Of a stretch of 64,000 nucleotides of DNA, positions 37,477-45,554 are shown piece after piece. Position 1 is the first letter of the stretch, and each line of letters opens with the position of its first letter. The translations under genes and the position numbers were made by a program. Location of the stretch: the IMG/VR virus record IMGVR_UViG_3300045988_115074, positions 32,001 through 96,000 of that record, one strand, 5' to 3'. This stretch comes from a virus. The notes beneath the pieces are model-generated. The model did not search any database and was not told the origin of the DNA. It worked only from the letters and a program-made list of their open reading frames with translations.

Positions 37477-39030
37477 ATGAGTTTATTTGATTTGTCTTTT
37501 GAAGAAGATAAAAGCATGGTAACTTCTGGTGTAGAAGGTGAATATGAAGAACCAGAAGAAGTACACCCAGAAGCAGCCGGTGCTGAAGGCGAACAAGTTG
37601 AACATCTGTCACGTGTATTGAATACTATTGATTCATTAGAGTCTGCTCGTGTAACATGTTTAAACATGAAACAAAATGAAGCAGAATATTCTATTGAAAG
37701 TATCCGTAATTTTGGTCAAACTATTTCTGAACGTATTACATTAGCATATCAAACAAACGGTTTGAAAGAAGAATTCCCTGTACATATTTCTACAGAATCT
37801 TTCTCTACATTACATGGTTCTCGTAATGCCATTACACTGGCACTAGAAGAATTGGATGGCCGTATCCTTGGTCTGTCTACAGAAGCTAACCATTTCTTTG
37901 CGCGCTTCTGGCGTAATACTAAAGAATTCTTTGGTCATGAGTTTAACCGTATTGAACGTATTAAAGACGATATCAAAACTTTGATTAACGAAATTGAACA
38001 ACACGGTGATTTCAATGATTCTGGTAGCTTGATTGTTAAAAATGGTTCTGCTTTGACCATTGATGGTAAATTGGCAATGGATAAAGTAGTAGCTAATGTA
38101 GCTGAAGGTGTGAAGAACCAGTTTGGTAATGGTCAATTCATGGAAGACTATTTCTCTGAACTTCAAAAATCTTGCCAGTTCTTTAATTCAACAAACTGGA
38201 GTGATGGTAAGAGTGTTGCTGCTAACATGGAGAGAAAAAACTTCTTCAAATTAGGTCGTCCTTTTAAAGAAGTATCTCGTGGTGATCGTAAGTTCAATAA
38301 TTACGAATGGGAAATTTCTGATTTGAACTCGATGATTGTTCCAATGCCTAAAGGTAGTGATTCACTGATTCCTAGTCATCCTTATTCTGATCAAAATAAA
38401 ACACGTACAGAACTCTCTGGTAAAGCTGCTACTAAGAGTTCAGCCGATAGACAGCTACCTTATATTGGTAAACAACAATTATTGAAAAACCTAAATACTT
38501 TCTTAAATTGTTTAAATGATTTACCAGATGCAAATCAATTTAACACATTGACTTCCAATATGAAAAAACGTATTGAACAATTGGTTAAAATGAATATGTC
38601 ATTGAAAAATCATCAACGCGATAGCACTGATTGGAATAGTGATGATTGGGAAGCTTTAGCTGGTTCCGTAGCCTTTCCAGCAATTATCTTTATCTTATTA
38701 GGTCCAGCTGGTATTTTAGGTTTAACCGCAGGACGAGCTATTAATACAATCTCAAATCTGATAAGTCATGTTACATCTGATGATGCTCAACAAAATATTG
38801 TTCGAAATACTACTCAAGAAATGGGTGGCTTTGCACGTGGTGCTACACATGGTATCGAGCATACACTTATCAACGGTTTGTTCTTGAAAAAGTATACCAA
38901 TTCGTTTGAGAATAAAGTTACCTTATTCTTTATTGGTACCTATCGAGAATTGTATACTGTTATTAAATCAACAGCGAATGCTTTGTTGAGCTATGGTTAC
39001 TCTTCTATTGGTAAATCCAATAAGCACTAA
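37477..39030 (+). CDS. hypothetical protein, 517 aa; MSLFD N-terminus, acidic pro-region, C-terminal hydrophobic span
   Basis: MSLFDLSFEED..GVEGEYEEPEE..ISTESFSTLHG; hydrophobic GSVAFPAIIFILLGPAGILGLTAG; terminator 39044-39075. Confidence 0.7.
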   Translation: MSLFDLSFEEDKSMVTSGVEGEYEEPEEVHPEAAGAEGEQVEHLSRVLNTIDSLESARVTCLNMKQNEAEYSIESIRNFGQTISERITLAYQTNGLKEEFPVHISTESFSTLHGSRNAITLALEELDGRILGLSTEANHFFARFWRNTKEFFGHEFNRIERIKDDIKTLINEIEQHGDFNDSGSLIVKNGSALTIDGKLAMDKVVANVAEGVKNQFGNGQFMEDYFSELQKSCQFFNSTNWSDGKSVAANMERKNFFKLGRPFKEVSRGDRKFNNYEWEISDLNSMIVPMPKGSDSLIPSHPYSDQNKTRTELSGKAATKSSADRQLPYIGKQQLLKNLNTFLNCLNDLPDANQFNTLTSNMKKRIEQLVKMNMSLKNHQRDSTDWNSDDWEALAGSVAFPAIIFILLGPAGILGLTAGRAINTISNLISHVTSDDAQQNIVRNTTQEMGGFARGATHGIEHTLINGLFLKKYTNSFENKVTLFFIGTYRELYTVIKSTANALLSYGYSSIGKSNKH

Positions 39031-39043
39031 TAACTAATATATT

Positions 39044-39075
39044 TAGATACTACACGGATATCCGTGTAGTATCTA
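39044..39075 (+). terminator. hairpin terminator
   Basis: 32-nt perfect palindrome TAGATACTACACGGATATCCGTGTAGTATCTA. Confidence 0.7.
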
Positions 39076-39132
39076 TTTATTATTATGTCTTAATGTATTT
39101 TAGATTTTTTCAAACATATACTACTATAGTGG
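39074..39132 (+). repeat. direct repeat copy A (AT-rich upstream element plus promoter)
   Basis: 39074-39120 is identical (47/47) to 43184-43230; the next 12 nt differ at 2 positions. Confidence 0.85.
39115..39132 (+). promoter_or_regulatory. phage promoter motif copy (strong class)
   Basis: CATATACTACTATAGTGG, then GAAAGA/TCTTTC hairpin; upstream of gene 39197. Confidence 0.65.
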
Positions 39133-39196
39133 AAAGAGAGAGGAATCTTTCTAATTTAATTCTTTCAACAAACAAACAAACTTAAGGAGTATTACC

Positions 39197-39754
39197 ATGT
39201 TCTTGACATTAAACGTATCTAAAGAAGTTTTCATTAAATGGATGGAAGTAGCAAAAGCTACACGTGAAGCTGACAACTTCTACGACACACCGCATGGTCG
39301 TAGATACATTTCTGGTGAAATCTTCCCATCAATCGTTACACGTGTAACTAAGTTTTACAATCGTGAGGATAACGAGGTAAAGTGCGGTTGGGTTACTAAC
39401 GACGATGTAGCACAATACACCACCTGTGGTGGTAATGTGTGGGGTATGCGTAAAGACGACGAATCTTTCATCGCCTATTTTGCTGGTCGACGCAGTCGTG
39501 TTCGCGACTTTATCGATATGATGAAAGATAGCGACCCTTCTTTCAAGAAGGAAGCTGCTAACATCATCATTCATGAGTCTGCCGCACCATCAGACATGCG
39601 CTGGTGGGAAATCAAGGACGAATATCTTGCTCGTAAAGAGCAAGAGAAAGTTGTTGCTAAAGAACGTGCAGAAAAAGCACGTATCCGCAGCAACCGCAAA
39701 TTCGCCCAAGAGAATAATCCCTTTGTAGTATTGAAAGGGGTTGTAAAAGGATAA
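39197..39754 (+). CDS. hypothetical early protein, 185 aa
   Basis: Promoter motif 39115-39132; leader AACTTAAGGAGTATTACCATG matches gene 23334; codon-biased; basic helical C-terminus. Confidence 0.7.
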   Translation: MFLTLNVSKEVFIKWMEVAKATREADNFYDTPHGRRYISGEIFPSIVTRVTKFYNREDNEVKCGWVTNDDVAQYTTCGGNVWGMRKDDESFIAYFAGRRSRVRDFIDMMKDSDPSFKKEAANIIIHESAAPSDMRWWEIKDEYLARKEQEKVVAKERAEKARIRSNRKFAQENNPFVVLKGVVKG

Positions 39755-39759
39755 GGATA

Positions 39760-39797
39760 ATAGAGTAGGTAGAGCCATTCGGCTCTACCTACTCTAT
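39760..39797. terminator. bidirectional hairpin terminator
   Basis: 17-bp stem ATAGAGTAGGTAGAGCC/GGCTCTACCTACTCTAT, loop ATTC, between convergent genes. Confidence 0.8.
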
Positions 39798-39814
39798 TTC
39801 TACCTTTTCTTTTT

Positions 39815-40390
39815 TTAATCTAATTTAGGTAAATGGCCTTTTTCAGTAGCCTTCTTTAAGTAAGACATAAATTTCTTACCTGTTAACCAAACATCTTTAT
39901 CACGTTTTGCAGCTTTCTCATATAGCTTTTTAGGTAAGATGTTTTTAAAGCATTTAATCATTTCAGATTTATCCAAATGGTTACCATAGTCTTTAATATC
40001 ACTGGCTTTACCAAACATACCGGAAAATGACGTATGAATCATGATAGTGGAATCTGGATTGACATCGTACTTACAAGCCAATGGTAGCAATTGTGTAAAG
40101 ATAACAATGGCTGCTGAACAAGCTTGGCCAGTAATATACAACTCCAGACATCCACCTTTCTTACTATACTCTTGGATATAGTAAATAATCTCATTCATGA
40201 TGTGTACATAACCACCAGGAGAATTGATAAAAAGTTTAAGTGTTGTATTATTAGGGTGTTCTGTAACAATACGTAAGTCATTTAAGAATTCTTTCTGTGT
40301 ATTTTCGTAGATTTCACCAGAAAGATAAAGAGAATAGGTTTTAGCTACAGTGTGTTTAATAATGGTGTTAGATAATTCTAATCCTGCCAT
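39815..40390 (-). CDS. ClpP-family (S14-type) serine protease
   Basis: LFINSPGGYV (cf. YINSPGGV), ITGQACSAAIVIF (cf. MGQAASMGAFLL, catalytic Ser), TIMIHTS (cf. VMIHQP, His), AKRDKDVWLTGKKF (cf. ERDTDRDRFLSAPEA, Asp). Confidence 0.8.
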   Translation of the reverse strand: MAGLELSNTIIKHTVAKTYSLYLSGEIYENTQKEFLNDLRIVTEHPNNTTLKLFINSPGGYVHIMNEIIYYIQEYSKKGGCLELYITGQACSAAIVIFTQLLPLACKYDVNPDSTIMIHTSFSGMFGKASDIKDYGNHLDKSEMIKCFKNILPKKLYEKAAKRDKDVWLTGKKFMSYLKKATEKGHLPKLD

Positions 40391-40401
40391 TTTTAATTTC
40401 C

Positions 40402-40854
40402 TTATTTAAAGACAATTTCAGTAATACTTTTGTCTATGTTTGTTGTATAATATATTTTTTTACTACCTAATTCTAAGTCATTGTAAATTCTATCTAAGAT
40501 AAGTTCCCTAAAACCTAATTTACAATAACAGCCATTTTCTTGTAACATGGTAGAAATTTTAAAATCAAACAATTGTGAAATCTTACCATCTTTATTTTCA
40601 CCAAAGAATGTAAGTACATCGTTTTTATTGAAGTCAGTAATATACTCACCTTGTTCTTCTGAAAAACGACAGAACATGGTTGAAAACCAACCAAAACTAA
40701 TTGAATCTATTTTTCTAGATTTAAAAAGTTCAGTTAAATAACTTTCGTATTCACCTATTGCTTTATTTAATTCGTCAGTTTTCTCTTTGATAGATTCTTC
40801 CAAATCTTTTATCTTAGTAAAAAGACTATTAATTTTATCTTTAGTTTCCATCAT
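40402..40854 (-). CDS. hypothetical protein, 150 aa, N-terminal coiled coil
   Basis: Same minus-strand run as the ClpP-like gene; 11-nt gap. Confidence 0.65.
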   Translation of the reverse strand: MMETKDKINSLFTKIKDLEESIKEKTDELNKAIGEYESYLTELFKSRKIDSISFGWFSTMFCRFSEEQGEYITDFNKNDVLTFFGENKDGKISQLFDFKISTMLQENGCYCKLGFRELILDRIYNDLELGSKKIYYTTNIDKSITEIVFK

Positions 40855-40861
40855 CTAATCC

Positions 40862-41365
40862 TTAATCTACAATCTTTATTTTAAGTAAATCTTGTAAAGA
40901 CCCAACAAGTGTAATGTTACTTGTATCTACATTAAATTCTTTATTTGAAATAAATCCTTTAATGTAATAAAGACTACTTCCATTAGAATCATCAAGCATG
41001 GTTTTAATCTTATTACATACAAATTCGTATAGTTCAAAATTATCTTTGTAATCAGGTAATTCAGAACATTTAATTACATTTACCATAGTCAGTACTTCAC
41101 CAACAAAGTTATAAAAATAGAAGATACTGTTAGGTTGATCCACTCTAGCATCAGCAATTAATGTAGCCACATTAGTATAACTTACTGACGCCCTAATTGA
41201 TTTAATACCATTCCACTGAATAGTTTTAAAATTTAGTATAGATTCAATCTTTTTATCATTTTGTTTAAGTTCCGTTTTTGTTCTTATAATTTCATCTTCT
41301 AAGAAATTATTTTCATCTATTAGATAATCAGGAATGAGTTTTTCATCTAATTCATTTATTTCCAT
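40862..41365 (-). CDS. hypothetical protein, 167 aa
   Basis: RBS AAAAGGAAACTAAAATG; first gene of the minus-strand trio. Confidence 0.65.
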   Translation of the reverse strand: MEINELDEKLIPDYLIDENNFLEDEIIRTKTELKQNDKKIESILNFKTIQWNGIKSIRASVSYTNVATLIADARVDQPNSIFYFYNFVGEVLTMVNVIKCSELPDYKDNFELYEFVCNKIKTMLDDSNGSSLYYIKGFISNKEFNVDTSNITLVGSLQDLLKIKIVD

Positions 41366-41557
41366 TTTAGTTTCCTTTTATAAAAACACTAGTGTTAGTA
41401 AAATACTACTTATATATGGTAAATAGCTAAAGTATTATTTTCTGTTAAGTACGTTATACCGAAACGTATTTTAACTCTATGCTAATAATACTTTAAAAGA
41501 TTCTGAGTAAAACAAATTCCAAACAAATTTATTTTACTAGTTAAAAAAGGATTTATT

Positions 41558-43132
41558 ATGTCTTTATTTGATAAAATTATTGCAGGTCAAGTACAAGTAA
41601 CTAACCTGGACGCTACTGAAGCTAACGTTGAAGGCGTTGTTGAAGGTTTTGAAGATGTAGCTGGTGAAGATGAAGCTCCTGAAGAAACCATCGAAACCAC
41701 TGAAAACTCTGCCGGTGAAGAAACTGTTACTGAATCTGAAGAACTGAACACTGAACTTCTGGATACAGCTGACGACGCTGAAGAAGTAGCTAATGTTGAA
41801 GAAGAAGTTGCTGAAGCTGAAGAAGCCGCTGTAGCTACTGAATCTTTCTTGGCCAACTTGTTTGCTGCTAAAATGACCGGTGGTTTGACTGAAGTACACT
41901 GCGAACTGGCTCACGAACACGTTAGCTACATCTCTGGTCGTCTGGGTGTTCCTGCTGAACACGTACCTGCTCTTGACTTTAGCACTGAATCCTTCGCTAC
42001 TGTAGGTGGTGTAACCATGAACACCGAAGGTGCAATTGAATCTGTTAAGAACTTCTTCTTGAAAATCTTGGATGGTATCTTGAAAGGTATCGCTTGGATT
42101 ATGGACAAAGGCGCACAACTGGTTTCTAAACTTTTCAATAACTTTGAAAAAATGAAATCTTACGCTGCTAAAGTTAAAGAGAAATTGGCTAAAGCTACTG
42201 GTACTCCTGAAGAAAGCACTTATAAATCTCACGGCGGTGCACTGTCTCTTTACATCAATGGTAAGTTGTCTACCCCAGGTCAATGTGTGGCTGCGATGCA
42301 ATCAGTAGCTGACGAAATCGCTAAACGTTGGTCTACTTCTAAAATTGGTCAGGAAGGTGCTGCTGTAGGTGAAGCCACTCTGAAAGAAGTAGAACAAATC
42401 GAGAAAAATGTGGACCGAGCTGATGCATATTCTGAAAAATATAAAACAGAAACTGGTGCTACTCAACACGAACATGTTAAGTCAGCAGGTATTGTTTTTG
42501 CTCGTACTGTAGGTAAAACGGTTAACAGTATTTTGGGTAGTATGCCATTTACTAGCGGTACTAAAGTTTCATCTCAAGAAGCTAAACGTGCAGGCGTAAC
42601 TCTTAAAACTTCTGAATCTTGCTACCTTTCTACTCATCTACCACGTAATAAAGTAGGTGTGACTGTTATTGGTAATAGTGATGATAATAGTGGTGCTAAA
42701 GGTAACAGTATGCGCGTATATTCTCGTATTAACAACTACAAAGTTGCAGAGAAAAGCGGTGATGTAAATATCCCAATCCAAAAACAAGCTGACTTGTTGG
42801 CTGCTGTTGCTGGTATCGAAAAATTGTTGAACCAAATGCAACAAATCAAAAAACTTATGGATGCTGCTAAACCTGCTGCTGGTAAGCTTAAAAACGTGAT
42901 TTGGAAACTGCGTACTAAATATGTTGCTATTTCTAAAAAAGCACGTGAAGGTCGTGGCTTCATGGCTAACATCCGTGCTACTCGTGTTGCTATCATGCTC
43001 GTCAATGACATGATTGGTATGTTGCGTGAACCTGGTACTTCTTTCTCTACTTACGTATTGTTTGAAGTTAAAGGTCTGTTGGATGTCATCTCTAAACAAG
43101 CTGACCTACTGACTCCTAAAGACGCAGAATAA
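41558..43132 (+). CDS. hypothetical protein, 524 aa; MSLFD N-terminus, ~95-aa acidic pro-region (abundant; virion candidate)
   Basis: MSLFDKII..NVEGVVEGFEDVAGEDE..ATESF..FSTESFATVGG; strong codon bias; terminator 43154-43187. Confidence 0.75.
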   Translation: MSLFDKIIAGQVQVTNLDATEANVEGVVEGFEDVAGEDEAPEETIETTENSAGEETVTESEELNTELLDTADDAEEVANVEEEVAEAEEAAVATESFLANLFAAKMTGGLTEVHCELAHEHVSYISGRLGVPAEHVPALDFSTESFATVGGVTMNTEGAIESVKNFFLKILDGILKGIAWIMDKGAQLVSKLFNNFEKMKSYAAKVKEKLAKATGTPEESTYKSHGGALSLYINGKLSTPGQCVAAMQSVADEIAKRWSTSKIGQEGAAVGEATLKEVEQIEKNVDRADAYSEKYKTETGATQHEHVKSAGIVFARTVGKTVNSILGSMPFTSGTKVSSQEAKRAGVTLKTSESCYLSTHLPRNKVGVTVIGNSDDNSGAKGNSMRVYSRINNYKVAEKSGDVNIPIQKQADLLAAVAGIEKLLNQMQQIKKLMDAAKPAAGKLKNVIWKLRTKYVAISKKAREGRGFMANIRATRVAIMLVNDMIGMLREPGTSFSTYVLFEVKGLLDVISKQADLLTPKDAE

Positions 43133-43153
43133 TAAATTGATGTAAATCATGTA

Positions 43154-43187
43154 AATACTACCCTACCAATTAAGGTAGGGTAGTATT
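43154..43187 (+). terminator. hairpin terminator
   Basis: 14-bp stem AATACTACCCTACC/GGTAGGGTAGTATT, loop AATTAA. Confidence 0.7.
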
Positions 43188-43242
43188 TATTATTATGTCT
43201 TAATGTATTTTAGATTTTTTCAAACATATACCACTATAGTGA
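43184..43242 (+). repeat. direct repeat copy B
   Basis: TATTTATTATTATGTCTTAATGTATTTTAGATTTTTTCAAACATATA shared with copy A. Confidence 0.85.
43225..43242 (+). promoter_or_regulatory. phage promoter motif copy (strong class)
   Basis: CATATACCACTATAGTGA, then AAGAAG/CTTCTT hairpin; upstream of gene 43299. Confidence 0.65.
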
Positions 43243-43298
43243 AAGAGAAGAAGAATCTTCTTTATTTTAACTAATCACTTTTATTTAAGGAGACTATT

Positions 43299-43580
43299 AT
43301 GTCACGTAAAGATAACTTAAAAAAATATGGTAACCTGCTGCACAACGCAGCAACTAAATCTTCTTCTAAAGAGACTGTAGAGGATGTGATCATTATTGAA
43401 GAAGTCGCAGTGGTTACTACAACTGAATCCTCAAATGAAGAACTAGTGGGAGCGACAGAACTTCCAACTACACATTCCTATATAGAAGGTATCTCCCCAG
43501 ATACTTTAGAAGAAGAGGAAGAGGAAAAAATCGGAGGAAAATACCTCCACAGTATTTTCCCAGATACTTTGGAAGATTAA
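43299..43580 (+). CDS. small acidic early protein, 93 aa, internal PDTLE(E/D) repeat
   Basis: Promoter motif 43225-43242; RBS TAAGGAG; about 21 of 93 residues are D/E (hand count); YIEGISPDTLEE / YLHSIFPDTLED. Confidence 0.6.
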   Translation: MSRKDNLKKYGNLLHNAATKSSSKETVEDVIIIEEVAVVTTTESSNEELVGATELPTTHSYIEGISPDTLEEEEEEKIGGKYLHSIFPDTLED

Positions 43581-43584
43581 GGCT

Positions 43585-43614
43585 ATTACCAGATAGGTTT
43601 TCCTATCTGGTAAT
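43585..43614 (+). terminator. hairpin terminator
   Basis: 13-bp stem ATTACCAGATAGG/CCTATCTGGTAAT, loop TTTT. Confidence 0.65.
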
Positions 43615-43665
43615 AATTTCTATTAGTTACTTTTTTGTGATATTTATTTTTTTAAGGAGTTTAAA

Positions 43666-44070
43666 ATGGAAGTTAAAGTTGATGTATGTGTTGATAAAGA
43701 TATGGTCTCTAAGATTGAAAAGAAAAAGACTATTATCGATAATGTCTTTGGATTTAACCAAGAAGAACGTAATCTATTAAATAATCTTTTTGCTATATTT
43801 CTAGAAAGAATTGCCGTTAATGAAACTACTTATATTCTGTTAGATAAAGACAGTGAGAAGAGTGAATTGATGTTTATCTACATTACTTGTCTTTATGCTA
43901 ATTATAAATCAATGGGTGAAGCAGATTTGACATTTAGCAATATCGAAGAAGTTCGAGATGAAATATTTGAGTTTGTATATAGACTAATTGATTTACTTGA
44001 CGATATACCTAATGATAATAAAGTCCATATTGCATCAGGTGAAGACGGTTATTATTTAGTTATTTCGTAA
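43666..44070 (+). CDS. hypothetical protein, 134 aa
   Basis: RBS TAAGGAGTTTAAAATG; terminator 44085-44115. Confidence 0.6.
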   Translation: MEVKVDVCVDKDMVSKIEKKKTIIDNVFGFNQEERNLLNNLFAIFLERIAVNETTYILLDKDSEKSELMFIYITCLYANYKSMGEADLTFSNIEEVRDEIFEFVYRLIDLLDDIPNDNKVHIASGEDGYYLVIS

Positions 44071-44084
44071 TATTAGATAAGCTA

Positions 44085-44115
44085 CTACTAGTAGAAGGAT
44101 TTCCTTCTACTAGTA
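44085..44115 (+). terminator. intrinsic terminator
   Basis: 14-bp stem CTACTAGTAGAAGG/CCTTCTACTAGTAG; T-run 8 nt downstream. Confidence 0.7.
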
Positions 44116-44141
44116 GCGTATATTTTTTTGAATATTTTCAA

Positions 44142-44159
44142 ACCTATATTATTAAAGTG
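44142..44159 (+). promoter_or_regulatory. phage promoter motif copy
   Basis: CCTATATTATTAAAGTGA; upstream of gene 44189. Confidence 0.6.
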
Positions 44160-44188
44160 AGAATTATCTTTATATAAAGGAATTTAAA

Positions 44189-44785
44189 ATGAAAGAATTT
44201 ATTAACAAAGAAGACCTTGATTTAATTATTGAATTTATTTTCGATAAATTAAAACAAACATTAAAAGAAGAGAATATTAGCAAGAAAACACCACTATATA
44301 TCGAACACGACTATAACTCATGTGTATTAGATATTGAAAATATTCATAAAACATACAGCCATACCCGTGTTGTCTCGATAATTAATAGAGGTGGGATAAA
44401 TCATTCTTCTTTTATTGTTATGCGAAATAGTCTTACAGGGGTTCATGGTAATAACATTCTTAATGTAAGAGATGGAGCTACCTTCGCAATCACTCGTTTA
44501 CATAATGATGAATTTTGTATTTCTGTACTGGATCATTACTACCATAATGACCGTTTATTTAATCGTGATAAAGATGATATTATCCGTCCAGAGAAAAATT
44601 ATTATCCCGACATGATAAATAAAGTACCAGTGTCTAAAATTACTATAAACCCTAATCATTTGGAATACTATTATATCGAAAGTATGTTCAATAAATTTTA
44701 TTCCAAGGCTATTGATTTAATTAGTTCAACTAATGAAAAAAGACATAACGCAGCTATTAGTTTTATTAAGGAATTTAAACAATGA
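44189..44785 (+). CDS. hypothetical early protein, 198 aa
   Basis: Promoter motif 44142-44159; RBS TAAAGGAATTTAAAATG. Confidence 0.65.
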   Translation: MKEFINKEDLDLIIEFIFDKLKQTLKEENISKKTPLYIEHDYNSCVLDIENIHKTYSHTRVVSIINRGGINHSSFIVMRNSLTGVHGNNILNVRDGATFAITRLHNDEFCISVLDHYYHNDRLFNRDKDDIIRPEKNYYPDMINKVPVSKITINPNHLEYYYIESMFNKFYSKAIDLISSTNEKRHNAAISFIKEFKQ

Positions 44786-45435
44786 GTAACCTAAATAATC
44801 TTTTCAAACTACCGGTATACGAAGAACCAATTTATATTGTAGTAGCAGTATCGGATAAATCAGATATTGAAAAAGAAGCGAATAGCTGGCATAATAGTTG
44901 GCTTGGTTTGGATTTAGAATCCTTAAAATCTCATGTAGATCACGTTTATTTACAAGATGATCGTTATTTCTTTATCAATGTATTAAAAGATAAATCAGAA
45001 ATCGATAATCCATTTCTGGTTCGTTTAGTACAAGCAGGTCGTGTTTTATTGACTTGTCGATATAAAATCTGTACTAATATCACATCAGATAAATTTGAAA
45101 TAACTGAAGACAAAGATACATGTACTTATTCATTTAAAATAAATAACTCTGAAAATGTAATTACTATTTTAGATAAACATGTAGTTACATTAAGAGATCA
45201 TGCTAATATTTTATTTGAATTTAGTAAAGGTGATTATGCTAATATCTTATCTGAACTTAGTAATGGTGATGATTTTGCCGAGCGAGTAATCGCTAAAGAA
45301 AACTACGTTGAAGATGAAGTAGCTAAATCTTTTATTCTCGATATCTATAATCTTGTTCAAAATAAGATTCCCGATATTATTAAAAGTAATATCGAAATAA
45401 AACCTTCTCTCAATCTCTCTTTAAAATTTATATAA
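44782..45435 (+). CDS. hypothetical protein, 217 aa
   Basis: ATGA overlap with the previous gene; contains a 36-bp in-frame tandem duplication. Confidence 0.65.
   Translation: MSNLNNLFKLPVYEEPIYIVVAVSDKSDIEKEANSWHNSWLGLDLESLKSHVDHVYLQDDRYFFINVLKDKSEIDNPFLVRLVQAGRVLLTCRYKICTNITSDKFEITEDKDTCTYSFKINNSENVITILDKHVVTLRDHANILFEFSKGDYANILSELSNGDDFAERVIAKENYVEDEVAKSFILDIYNLVQNKIPDIIKSNIEIKPSLNLSLKFI
45202..45273 (+). repeat. in-frame 36-bp tandem duplication inside CDS 44782-45435
   Basis: GCTAATATTTTATTTGAATTTAGTAAAGGTGATTAT / GCTAATATCTTATCTGAACTTAGTAATGGTGATGAT (ANILFEFSKGDY / ANILSELSNGDD). Confidence 0.8.
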
Positions 45436-45446
45436 AGGAAACCAAC

Positions 45447-45554
45447 ATGAAACAATTATTCAGTATTGATACTATCTTATCAGCAATTATCTTGATTGTT
45501 GTATTTGCAGTAGGCTTAGCTTGTGGCTATTATGGTAAAGGAGTATTGCTGTGA
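45447..45554 (+). CDS. 35-aa hydrophobic peptide (below ORF-track cutoff)
   Basis: RBS TAAAGGAAACCAACATG; MKQLFSIDTILSAIILIVVFAVGLACGYYGKGVLL; GTGA overlap with the next gene. Confidence 0.4.
   Translation: MKQLFSIDTILSAIILIVVFAVGLACGYYGKGVLL

Noticed and set aside
41564-42301. 245-codon and other antisense ORFs (41587-41856, 41926-42138, 42638-43099, 42736-43011) opposite gene 41558
   Set aside because: Same artefact: the sense gene is rich in GAA/GCT/GTT codons, which keeps the reverse frames open. There are no start contexts.
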